Shown: positions 1 through 13,029, counted from the first letter of the stretch. The stretch is 64,000 nucleotides of DNA from Camelus dromedarius (GCF_036321535.1 NC_087437.1:5022001-5086000); one strand, 5' to 3'. Numbers and translations: made by a program. The notes: a model not told the origin generated them from the sequence alone.

Positions 1-779
1 AAATGTAATTTTTAGTAATACCAGCCAAATTTCCTAAAGCTGGTATCCTATAGGTTTTTTTTTTAAACTATCACAAGACTGAAAAAAATCTAAACAATGT
101 CAGATGTATCAGGCAGTCAAGTGCAATTAATCTAAAATAGTTTCTTTTGATCTAAAGAAATTTAACCAAGATTTGCTTGCTTAATGATTATAATGTGTTA
201 TGTTAGATGCAGTGAACTTCTCCCATATGACAGTTTTGATCATGCATATGAAAATGAAGGCAGGAAATTAACTGAAAACAGCTATAAGTGTGGGACCAGA
301 GGCAACAGCTATGAGAATGCAGAGATAAAGCAAGGTTTTATAACTAGCCAGGGAGAGCCCAAGACTAAACCAGTGAGTCCAGAGACAGGTAAGAATGTGT
401 GGATCAAGACGCACACAGATAACACGGGTCAGAATGCAAGGCCACAGATCAAAATTATTCAGGGTGAGTGCAGGAAAGACCTCCCTTGATTGCTTAAGAC
501 CAGGGTGGTATGGAAAAATTAGGAGTGAAGCAATTTTTTCTCCTCCACTGCAAGGCTTTTACCAAGGGGCCTCTTACTAAACATTCTCCCTCCATACCAT
601 TGTGGTGGACAAACCCACTTACACGGCCTGGATAATCTCTTTTCTTTGGGTGTGGGTGGGACTGGGGCTTGCTCCAGAACACAGCAAAGGTGAATGATGA
701 TGTTATTATAGACACACATAGCTCTGTTTTGCTAGTCATACATTAGACAGACTCTGGTTACTTCCTTAAAGGAGTAACT

Positions 780-1131
780 GTCGTGTCATGAGAGGACCTA
801 TGGAGGAGGCCACGTGGCAAGGTACTTGGGGTGGCCTCAGCAGGTGGGCCTTAGCAGCCCCCAGTGACAGCCAGCAAGAAAACAAGCCCTCGACCCTACA
901 ACCACAAAGAGGTGAACTCCGCCAACAACCCGAAGGGGCTTGGAAGCCGATCTTACCCCAGTGGAGCTTCTGATGAGACTACAGCCCTGAGCACCTGGAT
1001 CGCAGCCGTGTGAGACCCTGAGTTTAGCTCTGCCCGGAGTTCTGCCCTATAGAAACCATGAGATAAAAATGTAGGTTGTTACAAGTTTCTAAGTTTTCAG
1101 TAATTTGTCATGCAGCAACAGAAAATGAACA
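780..1131 (+). mobile_element. MaLR LTR remnant (MLT1 family)
   Basis: Typical MLT1 motifs: gccacgtggcaagg, gacagccagcaagaaa, gcagccgtgtgagaccctgag, and 3' end taatttgtcatgcagcaacagaaaatgaacac. Confidence 0.85.
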
Positions 1132-1639
1132 CGCTCATTTCAAGCACGGTCTATTACGGTAGTTTTCGAGCCTTTCTTTTAGCTGCAGAGACCTATATTT
1201 AAGCAAAAAGCACATGTAGGCACCCAGTGTCTCCAACACATACAAGCAGAGATGCTTCATTTGTGGCTGGGGAGAGGGGGAGACGCCATGGATCCCTTAC
1301 TGGCTGGTTCTTCTGAATTTATGATGACCCAAGAGGAAACTCTGTAGAGGAAAGTCTGTAAATCAGGAAATAAATTGAGGAGAGAAGATGAGATTGCTGG
1401 TCCTCAGGCTACAGGGAAGAGATGTAGCCAGGTGACCTTCCATGATGGGGGCAGTGGATGGTGGACACACTGCCCAGAATTCTCACATTTCTTTACTGTT
1501 TCTGGTCGCCCCTCCCCTCCCCTGGCTTCAGTATGTTTTGCCTTCAACAGTCCATAGCTGTAACTCCTCTTCTCGGCACTCTCTTTGGGCAACTGGAGCT
1601 CTTCCCCAGTTTAGCAAGTAGTTTATGTCCCCTGCTGAG

Positions 1640-1889
1640 GAGGCCTTTGTCCAAGGACCGAGGGGTGGGGGACTGTGAAAACCAACCTGTGAAGCATAAC
1701 TTATGCACCAGAATTTTCCACCTGGATCATACTCCCTGCGGGACTGCTGAAATCCCACCGGCCCAGCTTCCCCGCCTCCCTGTCTTGCTTCCCCCACTTC
1801 CTTTGGGCGCCTCCTGGGAGCACTTCCTTAATAATTGCTTTGCACAGGAATCCTCATTTCAGTGTCTTCTTTCTGGGAAACTTGAGACA
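1640..1889 (+). mobile_element. ERVL LTR fragment (LTR16/LTR33-like), 3' part
   Basis: Ends cctgggagcacttccttaataattgctttgcacaggaatcctcatttcagtgtcttctttctgggaaacttgagaca, resembling LTR16/33 U5 ends. Confidence 0.65.
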
Positions 1890-2164
1890 TGGGGATTTCC
1901 TGAGAGGATATATGGGCAACTGAGACATCTCAACATCTTCAAGATTCAGTGTTTGTTTCCAAGTCCCTTTTTTGGTCACATTTCCACCTGGGCTCCAGGG
2001 CCCTACCTGACCCCCGTGGTCCTCACACTGATTTTTTATTATGTATGTAACTTAGAATTTTCCAGTAGCTTTAAAAATGTATAGTGTTTTAAAGTGGTTT
2101 CTTACTTTAAAAATATATCATAAGAAGATTCTTACTTTTAAAATATACAAGTTTTAAGAACACT

Positions 2165-2908
2165 TAACAGATTAATTTTAATAACATTTTATTTAACAAA
2201 GTAAATCAAAATATTATTTCAAGAGGTAACCCAGACTAAAATGTGAGTGATATCTTTTACATTATTATTATTTTTAATTGAGGTATAGTCAGTTTACAAT
2301 GTTGTGTCAATTTCTGGTGTGCAGCACAGTGCTTCAGTCATACATGAATATACATATATTCATTTTCATATTCTTTTTCACTGTAAGTTACTACAAGATA
2401 TTGAATATTGTTCCCTGTGCTATATGATATAAACTTGTTTATCTATTTTTTATATAGTAGTTAGTATCTGCAAATCTCGAACTCCCACTTTATCTCTTCC
2501 CAAACCCTTTCCCCCTAATAACCGTAAATTTGTTTTCCATGTCTGTAAATCTGTTCCTGTTTTGTAAATAAGTTCATTCGTGTCTTTTTTTTATTTTAAA
2601 ATGCTAGATCTTGGGGATCTGGTGTACATTTTTTTACATGTATAGCATATCCCAATTTGGACACTAAATTTTCTATTGGAAATCCTTGACCTGTATTCAG
2701 ATTTCATAAATTTCACAACTGAAAAAAAAGTTGATGTACACATCCAAGTTGTTCCAAACACGCTTGATAGTTTTCCAATAACTGAACTGTGCATCAGTTT
2801 TTAAAATTCAACTTAAGTGAAATTAGCTGTTCAGTGTTTCAGTTGCACCAGCCACATTTCCAGGGCTCAGCAGTCCCCTGTAGCCAGCAGCTACCATTCT
2901 GGGCAGCT
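2165..2908. mobile_element. hAT-Charlie DNA transposon remnant (Charlie1/MER33-like), split by an L1
   Basis: Terminal motif agccacatttccagggctcagcagtcccctgtagccagcagctaccattctgggcagc resembles Charlie1 ends; AT-rich internal sequence continues on both sides of the L1. Confidence 0.7.
2268..2592 (-). mobile_element. 5'-truncated L1, 3' UTR
   Basis: aattgaggtatagtcagtttacaatgttgtgtcaatttctggtg is the reverse complement of the 3' end of the long L1 (about 35200-35250) and other copies in the window. Confidence 0.92.
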
Positions 2909-3086
2909 TAGTTTTAGACCCTCATCCTCATCCATTGGACTTGGTGCTGGGGCCCCTGTGGACTGATGGAAGCGGGGAGGAGACCCCAGTGTGAGTTCTT
3001 GTTGGGTTGGTGTCAAGATGGTGAGCACTGGGGAGCGTGAACACAGGAGCCTTGCCCTGCCACTCATCCATGAATCTCAAGAGCAC

Positions 3087-3490
3087 TGCCTTAGGTCAGG
3101 TTCCCAGCAAGCAGAGCCTGGGACAGTTTCAGGGGCACCTAGTTTACCGAGGGACACCCTGGAAAAAAGCCTGTGAGTGAGCGGGGGAAGCAGGAGGTGA
3201 CCTCAGGTACATTTGAGACTTGGCCGGGTCCATGGGGACTCTAGAATGTAAGTTGCAGTATGGAGCTGTCCCACCTTGAGGCTAGGGGACCAGGATCTGT
3301 GCCCTGTGTCCATCAGTCATCGGCCGCTTGGGGCCAGAGTGGGAGTGACACATCTCCAAATTCTCCTGGTGAGACATCTCATCCAATAGCAATTGTCCAA
3401 AGAAAGTCACAGGCAGAAGCTTTTGGCCACTGCTCTTGCAGCAGCTGTGGACTGCCCGGTGAGGGAGATTTGGACAGGATGCCAACAGCC
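3087..3490 (-). mobile_element. ERVL LTR (LTR16/LTR33-like)
   Basis: Begins tgccttaggtcaggttcccagcaagcagagcctgggac, the reverse complement of the LTR16/33 3' end. Confidence 0.6.
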
Positions 3491-4305
3491 TGCAGCGACC
3501 TATGAGGAGCAGCTCAGGCCAGGACCGGAGCACTTTATGACCATCTGCCATTTTGGCTCAAGCCTTGGTGTGGAATCACAGTGAGCGGGGCGGGATGCTG
3601 TGCAGCCACCAGGGCTCCCGTGCAGAGAGACCCGGGCTCTGGAATCCTAATAGGTCAGCACTCTCACGGGCCCTTCCTTCCTGGGTGGACATCAGAGCTC
3701 AGCCTTCTGCATCACACTTGGATGGCAAGGAAGGGTGAGAAGAAGGAAAAGCAAAGAGGCCAAGTCCCCCAGGGGAGGTGGAAACCCTAATGGCATGGCT
3801 TAGGATGAAGCGACCCCTTTTTCTTCATTCATTCACCTAAGGAAGATTCAGTTGAGTCCTTACACTGGGCCCAGATTCCAAGATTCCAAGGAGCAGTTCT
3901 AAGGCCGTTTTGAGCACTGGCAACAGGACTAAACAAGGTGGTGCGGTAGGGTTTCTGGTGCCCACGAGAAGTGTCAGGCCAGGGGAGGTGGGACTTGGGG
4001 AGAGTCTAGGTCAGTGGGGAGTGCTGAGAACTATAGCAACAGCCCCTAGCAAGTTGGCCAGGGGCTCCGAGAAAAGAGCTGAGGTCAGTTTGGGGCACCT
4101 GCCAAGTGGCTGTGTCTGGGGAGGCAAGATAAGGTCAGAGTTCCAGAGAGAAGGGCTCAGGCAGATGGAGCCTGGGCACAGAGGCCTGGCAGCGAAGGAA
4201 GGCAACGATAACATAGCTAGCACCTGTGACTTGCCAGGCCCTTTGGATGCATTTAATCCTCACAATAACCCTGCAAGGTAAGAACGAAGTTCAGAAAGAT
4301 GGAAA

Positions 4306-4450
4306 CAGTGCTCCCTAAACTTTAATGAGCATACCAGTCACCTGGGGATTGGGTTCCACTGCAGATTGTGATGCAGCAGTTCTGAGGGGAGGGGGCCCAA
4401 GACCGTACATTTCTGACAAGCTCCACTGATGCTGGGAGTTCTGGTCCAGA
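4306..4450. mobile_element. MER5-like hAT MITE, preceded by a MIR fragment at about 4225-4300
   Basis: cagtgctccctaaacttt...cacctgggga...tgcagatt...atttctgacaagctcc matches the MER5A pattern; atttaatcctcacaataaccctgcaaggta is MIR core. Confidence 0.7.
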
Positions 4451-4740
4451 GACCCTCCTCTGAGTTTCAAGAGGTTAAAACTCTCACCGCAAAGTCAGTT
4501 ACCATGAAGGAAAAGGTAGGGGATGAATGTCAGGAAAAACAAAAATAGTCTAGTCGGAGAGTCTAGGCTCCCAAACTGAAGCAGGGCCACGGACTCTGGA
4601 ACGTGGCCGTCTGCCCTCCTGGGTGTGGGCAGGTGTGAGCAGGGAGGTGGGCTGGGCCCACTCTGGATGCCTGGGAGGTGGGGGGCCTCTGACAGTTCTC
4701 TGGGGTGACTGATTCACTTCAATGCATCTGACACAGTGTA

Positions 4741-4799
4741 TTTCTTTAAATTGATTTACAATGTTGTGTTAGTTTCTGGTGTCCAGCATAGAGATTCAG

Positions 4800-4850
<51 letters not shown>

Positions 4851-5443
4851 CTTTTTCATATTCTTTTTCATTATAGGCTATTACAAGGTATTGAATATAG
4901 TTTCCTGTGCTGTACAGCAGGACCTTGTCATTTATCTACTTTATACATAATAGTATCTGCAAATCCCAAACTCCCAGTTTATCCATCGCCTTCATCCCTT
5001 CCCGCCCTGGTAACCATAAGTTTGTTTTCTGTGTGAGTTTGTTTCTGTTTTGTAAACATGTTCATTTGTGTCTTCTTTTTTAGATTCCACATATAAGTGA
5101 TATCTTATGGTATTTTTCTTTCTCTTTCTGGCTTACTTCACTTAGTATGATGATCTCAGGTCCATCCATGTTACTGCAAATGGCATGATTTTATTCTTTT
5201 TTATGGCTGAATAGTATTCCATTGTATAAATAGCCCACATCTTCTTTATCCAGTCATCTGTCGATGGACATTTAGGTTGCTTCCATGTCTTGGCTATTGT
5301 ATGTGGTGCTGCTGTGAACATTGGGGTGCATGTGTCTTTTTGAATTAGACTTTTCATCTTTCCTGGATATATGCCCAGGAGTAGAATTGCTGGATCATAT
5401 GGTAAGTCTACTTTCAGTTTTTAAAGGAATCTCCATACTGTTT
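4741..5443 (-). mobile_element. 5'-truncated L1 (ORF2 C-terminus plus 3' UTR)
   Basis: ORF 5142-5357 encodes DTCTPMFTAAPHTIAKTWKQPKCPSTDDWIKKMW, the conserved L1 ORF2p C-terminus. Confidence 0.95.
4802..4847. repeat. (CA)n microsatellite inside an L1 3' UTR
   Basis: Perfect run of about 22-23 AC units. Confidence 0.97.
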
Positions 5444-5769
5444 TCTCAGTGTATTTCAGTCACTACTCACACTTGGTTTAATGATCAGGTAATTTGGATA
5501 AGATATTATGGTAGCCATTACTTTTCAGCACCTACTTTCATGTTGTTAGCTTCAGAATGAAACAATCCACTTCTCAGAAGTACTCTTGCTCTTTTTCTAA
5601 AAAAAAGGGTTGTTCTTTACCTAAGGCCTTCTCATATGCCTTAATATTCAATTTCCTCCTCTATCTCATTATGAATATTGGTACAAAAGCTTATTGAAAT
5701 ATTTCTTCAGGTCCCCACTAGTTTTTAAATTGTTATTACGTATTTCTTAAAATGCTCTACTAGAAAGCT

Positions 5770-5977
5770 TTCTTTAAATTGAAGTATAGTCAGTTACAAT
5801 GTGTCAATTTCTGGTATACAGCACAATGTCCCAGTCATGCATGTATATATTCATTTTCCTATTCTTTTTCATTAAAGGTTATTACAAGATATTTAATATG
5901 GTTCCCTGTGCTATACAGAAAAATTTGGTTTTCATCTATTTTTATATATAGCGATTAACCTTTGCAAATCTCAAACT
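5770..5977 (-). mobile_element. L1 3' UTR fragment
   Basis: aattgaagtatagtcagttacaatgtgtcaatttctgg, homologous to the other L1 3' ends. Confidence 0.9.
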
Positions 5978-5986
5978 TTTGTTGAC

Positions 5987-6152
5987 GTGGTTTTCCTTTT
6001 GAAGTAGCCTGTGGACAGGCAATATTGGCATCACCGGGGAGCTTGTTATAAACGCAGAATCTCAGCCCCACTACAGACCTAAAGAAACAGAGTCTGTACT
6101 TACCAGCTGTCTCAGGGTGTTTCATCAGCACATCAAAACTTGAGAAGCACTG
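5987..6152. mobile_element. MER5A-like MITE
   Basis: ggcatcaccggggagcttgttataaacgcagaatctcagcccc...aaacttgagaagcactg. Confidence 0.75.
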
Positions 6153-7645
6153 GGTAAGACCACAGCCCCACCCCTCTGCCCCAAACCTTATAGTTTGTGC
6201 CCTGGCTCTCGTGTGGGTTCCTTCAAAGTGCAGACGATCATTTAAATCCCTCTTCAGCATCTGCTGCTCCTGACTCTGGCTTCCGTTCTCCAAGAAGGCA
6301 CCCGGTTCAGTTTCCAGCAGCCTCTGATACCGACTGAGCTAAGCTTCCTGACTGCATATAATTTAAAGACAGCTAATGAAAAACCAGATGGTCCTAAGGG
6401 ACCCCTGGTAATAAGTGGTAGCTGACAGCTCTCACTTCCTTCCCACTAATGATCAGATTGGGGGAAGATAACCGTTTTCCTCCCAGAGTGTCAGTCAGGC
6501 CTGTGACTTTGGATTACTGGATGTTAAGATTGGCAAGACTGGCCTGTGACCCAGAAAGGTTTCCTCCTGTCATCCTTGTCAACACTGTGACCTTGTCACT
6601 AGTACAGTTACAGACAGAACAGTTTCTTTTTTTTTTTTAAAGGAAAATAAAAGCCTATTCAAATTGAGGGTCAAAAGCTACTGGCTCCAGCAAGAAGAAA
6701 ATGGCTGTGATCGCGTCTTTGAAATGTTTTTGCCTTTCCTTGTAGTATTTTTGCTGTGTTGACAGTTGTGCCATCCAAGCTGGGCCCGGCCCCCCAACCC
6801 CCGCCCCACCCTTGGCCCTGTGCTCACTTTTCATGTGCATGGGATTCCAGATCTGTAAACAAGGGGGCCTGGTGCCAAGGCCTTCGTCTTGGGTGCAAAC
6901 ACCCAAGCGTCAGTGGCGTTTGGAAGCAGAAGAGCAGTCCGTGGGAGAAAGCATTTCCCGGGCATTGTTCTCACTTTGCCCCCGCAGAGGGAAAGCACGC
7001 GCTATGCTGGACGGAGCAAGGATGGCTCAGGGTTCCAACGCGGCTCCATGACTCACTGGCTGGGCCATGTGGGCAAATGACCTAAACTCTTTGAACTTCT
7101 CAGTCTCTATCTTGAAAATGGCATCAACTCAAATGGTCACAGGGAAATTAAATGAGACTTAGTGCACAAGTAGGTAAGCGGATGCTCTGGTAAAGTGACT
7201 TTCCTCCTTCCAAGACAAAGGGTGGGTGCTTATTAAAATCATTGTATCATAAAATCCTGGGATCTTAGGCTGGGGCAAGGGCTTAAAATTATCTTATTTG
7301 CTCTTGAAGTCACTGGAGGGAAAATGATCTGTATGGATGAGCTGAGATTCACATTTCACAAGAACACCTAGTTGGGCTAAATGACGATTTAAGATGATGG
7401 TGGCCAAGAAGGAACATGTTTCTCCACGGCTCGTGGGCCGCAGATCAGTGCTACAGATTAGAACTAAGTCAGAACATGAATAAACGACAAGACAGGGAAG
7501 ACAGGAGAGCAGGCGCTCAGCCCTGAGAGTCCCCCGATGCACCGCATTTGGAAATGCAAAAAGCATTTTGGAGTCAGACACGCTACCGTTGGGTGACAAG
7601 GCCCTGCGAAGAGCATTTTTGAACAATGACAGTTGGTGTTAATAT

Positions 7646-7832
7646 CAGTGGTTCTCAAAGTGCGGTCCCTTATCAGCTACAGCATCATCACCTAGACCTT
7701 GTTAGAAATGCAAATTCTCTGGCCCCAGCCCAGACCTGCTGAATCAGAAACCCTGGCGGTGGGACCAGCAGTTGGTGTTGTAGCAAACCCAACATGTGAA
7801 TCAGATGTACGCTAAAGGTTGGAATGACCGGT
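7646..7832. mobile_element. MER5A-like MITE
   Basis: cagtggttctcaaagtgcggtcc...cagcatcatcacct...ttgttagaaatgcaaattctctggcccc...tgaatcagaaaccctgg. Confidence 0.85.
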
Positions 7833-8066
7833 TTACATGGTAACCACTTAACCATCTTTTCTAAAGCAAAGTAAAATGACACCACAAATGTCTTAGTGTT
7901 GGAAACTCCTCACCTCCTTGATGTAGGCTGTGAAAATTCCTGGACATTGTTGTCTGCTGACTCGGGCAGAGCGCCCCACGAGCCCGGTCACCAGACACAA
8001 CGTCCTCCACTGCCTTGGGTGGGAGTTATATAATCATGAAGCAGTAAAAAAGAGGATGATTTTGTT

Positions 8067-8159
8067 GGGGGTAGGACTCAGTGGTGGAGCGCATGCTTAA
8101 CATGCACCAGGTCCTGGGTTCAATCCCTAGACCCTCCATTAAAAAAAAAAAAAAAAAAA
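8067..8159 (+). mobile_element. tRNA-derived SINE (camelid Vic-1-like)
   Basis: A-box-like ctcagtggtggagc, B-box ggttcaatccc, poly(A) tail; approximate TSD agaggatgattttg / agaatgatttttg. Confidence 0.9.
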
Positions 8160-9316
8160 GAATGATTTTTGCAAATTAAGCAAATGAATCTGATCTCACT
8201 TCTGTTCTCTAGAAATATCTTTCCCCTGGCATTATGATATATTTATTACTTTATAACAGATTATACAAGTCACCCAGTTTTCCCTGGTACACCTTACCAA
8301 TCCCATCTCTAGATGCGGTCATGATGAAGCCCTGTGCTGTCTGAACATCACTGGCGACGTTGGTGATGATGTTGTGGTGGTCTGGCAGACACTCAAGGCC
8401 CCTCCGAAGGGCACCGTCACTCAGTCCTACCTTCTGCTTGTTCTGAATCTTCTGTTTTGTGGTTAAGAGTCAAGGAGAAGGCCAGAAGTCAACATCTGTG
8501 GCACATTCTGCCTCTTATTCAGATGGTCTCATCGTGGGCTGTTTCTGTGTCTGCCTCAATCCCCTAGAGTGGGGTTCCTCAAGGGTGAGAGATCATCTGT
8601 TTAATCCCCCTTCTCCAGGGCAGGCGTGAAATAGGTGATCGTGAACGTGATGGAAACGGAGGCCCAGGAGGCCGGGAGGCTTGCTGAAGGCTGGGGACGC
8701 TTCTGAGTGCCCAGGGCTGTCCCTGAGGGCTCCCTCTGTTACACCACCTCTGTTTATTCTGTGGGTGTTTATCACTGACTTTACTTCCACGTGGCATTCC
8801 TTAGTGACTTTGTCAATGATTGACTGCGTCCGTCCCCACAAGCCCTGCAGAGATCAGGCTTTGTAAACACAGTGGAGGCAGGAGACTCACAGCTAAAAGC
8901 TTCTTAATGAGGACAACTCAAACATGTCATTTTCAACATTCAACCCCCCAGTTTGAATAATTCATGGAGGGAAAAAAATCTGTCGACTAGAAGTGACTGG
9001 GCTATTTTAATGAAAGTTGAGATTCAGGGAATGTTTTCGAGCTGGAGATCCTATGAGGAAAGGGAAGGCAGGAAGTAGCTGGCCTGGCACACAGTGGACT
9101 AGTGAACCCGAGTCTTCCCCGGCAGCACCCCACTGTCCACTGTCTAACCAGGGCTGGTGTTCGGTCCCAAAGCACCACTCAGCCCCCAGATGTACAACCA
9201 CAGGCTCCCACATGACCCCGGGAGAGGTCAGGCCCAAGGGCCTTGCCCCTCCCGTGGCTGGGCCATGGGAGACCCAGGGAGATCAGATTTCCTATTCTGT
9301 CCTCAGTCTAGCCCAG

Positions 9317-9619
9317 TTGGTCTCAACTGGCTGCATATTAGAACCCCACTGGGGAGCTTTTAAAAATTGGATGCCCTGAACCTACCCCAGCTCAATTAAA
9401 TCGGTCCCTCGGGGTGGGGCTGGGGCATCAGTCTTTTTAAAGCCCCCCCCCACCACCTGAAGCCAAGTTTGAGAAACCTCAAGTCTAGCCTTTCTCTCTC
9501 ATCTCATGTTCTCTTTTGTTCTAATTCTATTTTTACTTTTTCCATTTTTAAAAAATTGAAGTAGAGTCAGTTTACAATGTCGTGTCAATTTCTGGGGTAC
9601 ACCATAACATTTCAGTCAT
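9317..9619. mobile_element. MER5-like fragment followed by a short minus-strand L1 3' tail (9545-9619)
   Basis: ggtctcaactggctgcatattagaa...ggggagctttt...aagtttgagaaac; then aattgaagtagagtcagtttacaatg. Confidence 0.7.
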
Positions 9620-10285
9620 TGCCTCACATTTTCTTCAAGGCCAGAACCCTTCCCTTGTTCCTTCAGTTTTCTTGGGCTAATCCTTGAGTTTTAACACCTC
9701 AGTCACACAGTTTACATCACAGGAGCTGCTGGTCCAAGCCCTTTAAGACAGGAGCACAAAGTGAGCCCTGAGGCCCCTCCCATCTTCTTGTCTCTCAGCT
9801 GGCTGTGTCTGGTGGCCCCCTCCAGGCCTCCAGGAAGTCCCCCACAGGGCCTCGCTCTCCCAGGGGGCAGCTCTTCTTGGCCCTTCCCTGCACCATCTCT
9901 CGAAGACCCCTCCTCTTGGACTTCAGCCTGAGGCAGCTGTGAGCCTGGACCAGAGGAGCGGGGAGCTGGGCTGGACCGGCGCTTCACTTCCGGGAGGATG
10001 CTCCTGCGACTACTGGTCCCAGAGGGAATACTTCTTGCCGCAGCTCTTCTCAGCTTGCTGGCTAAGTGTGTGGGTGTACAGCAGGCATCTGCTGGGGAAC
10101 GTCAGCAAGAAAAAGAAAACTTTTCAAGCTTCAATTCTGTAGACAGATTGAGAGGCCTCCCCACAGTTCAGAATTGCCGAATCTGGATCCATCCACCTAC
10201 GTACCCCCCAGGAAGTGGTAGGTGTGTTTTGATTTGTTAACAGTGGCCTAGCTTATGGGGGGGTTAAATTGTCAGGGTGATGCTT

Positions 10286-10522
10286 TTCTTGTGGTGGTGG
10301 TGGTGGGGGGTGTTTAGGTTTATTTATTTATTTATTTAGTGGAGGCACTGGGCATTGAATCCAGGACCTCATGCATGCTAAGCATGTGCTCTGCCACGGA
10401 GCTATACCCTCCCCACTTAAAACTGAGCAATTTTTTTTTTTTAATGGAGGTACTGGGGATTGAACTCAGGACCTGGTGCATGCTAAGCACGTGCTCTACC
10501 ACTGAGCTCTACCCCTTCCCCC
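10286..10522 (-). mobile_element. Two head-to-tail Vic-1-like SINE monomers inside one TSD pair
   Basis: TSD cagggtgatgctt at 10273-10285 and 10523-10535; each monomer has A- and B-box-like motifs. Confidence 0.9.
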
Positions 10523-11880
10523 CAGGGTGATGCTTCATGATAAATCAGGTGATTTCTAAGCACTCAGGGCACACAGGGCACTGTGCTAGGCACGGGTAAA
10601 ACCACGTGGTGGGGTCACCTTGGCTGTGGACCAGAAGAATTGAAGTTCGGGAGAGGCAGTAGTCGGTCTGAAGTTCACCAAGAGCAGAGGGCTGAAATTC
10701 AGTCTCTGATGGGGCAGGGATAGGAAGAGAGTAAAAAAAAGAAAAAAAAGCCATAAAAGGGGGGAGGGGCCGAGAGTGGCACAATGACAGTGTGGGTTTC
10801 ACTTCTTTGGATTTAAAGTCCTGCGACTTCTTGCCTGACCTACGTTCACCAACCATAGTTCAGCCTCCACGCTGCCTGCAGCTCGCCATTCTGACCTCCA
10901 CAGCGGCCGGACCCCACGGAAGGCTTGGCAAACTCTAGCCCAAGTCGGCTGCAGCTTCGTTCCCAAGCTGTCTCTCTCTCCCTCTGCCTGTGTGTCTTTT
11001 CCTGGTTCGCTGACTCCCACTCTCCATCTCCCTCGCGATCTCTTAGATACAGAACATTTTTTTCATGGATAAGTAAAGAAAGAAATCCAAGCTCTCAGCC
11101 TTTTATCAAAGTACATATATTACTGCTGAATTCAAGCGAGTATGAATAGTACCAATAGAAATGATCAACACAAAACGAGCTTAACAACAGCTGACACTAC
11201 CTCTGGGGGGAAAATGCTATAGGTTGAAAATCACCTGAAGAATCAAATCTTGATACAATGTACCGTCTACATCTGATTGGGAAGAGTTGGATTTGGTAGA
11301 AATAATGGCCACAAAATGAAACTCACAAAGGCAGATGTTGTAACTGGTAATATTTGGCAAGGACAAAAACCTGAGAGTGAATCAAATTTCATGGTGAAAT
11401 GTGAACAGAAGAAGAACGGATGCCAATGAAGAGAATTCCAATAAACTAGAATAAAAATGGTAAAGACTGGAAATTCACTCCAGTGCTGCAGGGAAAACTG
11501 ATCAATGAATTTCATGACTTAATGACACTTGTTCTAGAAATGACTTCCTTGATGGAAACCTATCAGTGTTGGCATAATTCTGCTTAAAATGTTAATGGCC
11601 CAACTTCCACTGGGGGGTAAAATAGCAATCAAAAACTCTCAGGACCCCTTGAGGCAGCATGTGGGGGAGCTAAATCACCACGCCAGGGCAGGGCCTAGGA
11701 ATCTGTATTTTGAAAACAATGCTCCACCTTTTGGACCTTAATTTAAACAAACTGTTAAAAAAAAAAGTATTGGGGACAACTAGGGAAATTTGAATGCGGA
11801 CAGGATGTTACACAGTATTAAGCAACTGTTACTATTATTTTTAGGCACAATGATGTTATGATCGTGTTTTTTAAAAGTCC

Positions 11881-12256
11881 TGTTGTGGACCGACTTGTCT
11901 TTCCCCCAAATTCGTATGTTGAAGCCTTAACCCCTATTGCGACTGTATTTGGAGACACGGCCTTTACAGTGCGAACTCAGGTTAAGTGAGGTCATGAAGT
12001 GGGGCCTGATCTGATAGGACTGGTGTCCTTGTAAGAATAGGAAGAGACACGAGATGTGTTTGAAGGGAAAAGGCGTGTGAGGACACAGCGAGAAGGCAGC
12101 CTTCTACTGGCCAGGGGGCAAGGCCTCGGGAAAAACCAGACCTGCTGACACCTTGATCTTGGACTTCAGCCTCCAGAACTGTGAGAAAATGAATGTCTGT
12201 TCTGCAAGCCACTGAGTTTATGGCATTTTGTTATGGCAGCCCTGGAAAACTGACAA
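11881..12256 (+). mobile_element. MaLR solo LTR (MLT1A-like), nested in an old L1M 3' fragment (about 11730-13150)
   Basis: Starts tgttgtggac; includes ccccaaattcgtatgttgaagccttaacccc, gacaccttgatcttggacttcagcctccagaactgtgagaaaat and ttgttatggcagccctggaaaactgaca. Confidence 0.9.
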
Positions 12257-12342
12257 GTCCTTCCATAGTAGAGATACCTACTGAAGCATTTGTGAGTGGA
12301 GAAATATGATGTCTGAGATTTGCTTTAAAATACTCCAGAAAT

Positions 12343-12974
12343 AAACTGGTGCAGCCATTATGGGAAACAGTATGGAGATTCCTTAAAAAACTAAAAATAG
12401 AGTTACCATGGGATCCAGCATTCCCATACCTGGCATATATCCAGAGGGAACTCTAATTTAAAAAGACACATGCACCCCAATGTTCACAGCAGCACCATAT
12501 ACAATAGCCAAGACATAGAAGCAACCTAAATGCCCATCAACAGATGACTGCATAAAGAAGCTGTGGTGTATTTATACAATGGAATATTACTCGGCTATAA
12601 AAAAGGACAAAAGAATGCCATTTGCAGCAACTTGGACGGACCTGGAGATTGTCATTCTAAGTGAAGTAGGCCAGAAAGAGAAAGAAAAATACCATGTGAT
12701 ATCACTTATATATGGAACCTAAAATGAAAAAGACACAAATGACCTTATTTACAAAACAGAAACAGACTCACAGACATAGAAAACAAACTTAAGGTTCCAG
12801 GGCGGGTGGGGAGGGGCTGTAAAAGGGGTGGGAAGGGATAAATTGGGAGTTCGAGATTTGCAGGTACTATTATATATAAAATAGATAAACAACAAGTTTT
12901 TACTGTAAAGCACAGGGAACCATATTCAGTACCTTGTAGTGACCTATAATGAGAAATAATATGAAAAGGAAAAA

Positions 12975-13029
<55 letters not shown>

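Noticed and set aside
184..489. 101-aa ATG ORF
   Set aside because: No recognisable homology or promoter context; length compatible with chance.
1458..2084. 208-aa ORF, the longest in the track
   Set aside because: Non-ATG start, runs through an LTR16/33-like fragment, no recognisable domain or exon structure.
8067..8140. tRNA-like sequences here and at other SINE heads as real tRNA genes
   Set aside because: They carry A-tails and TSDs and are mutually diverged, so they are SINE copies.
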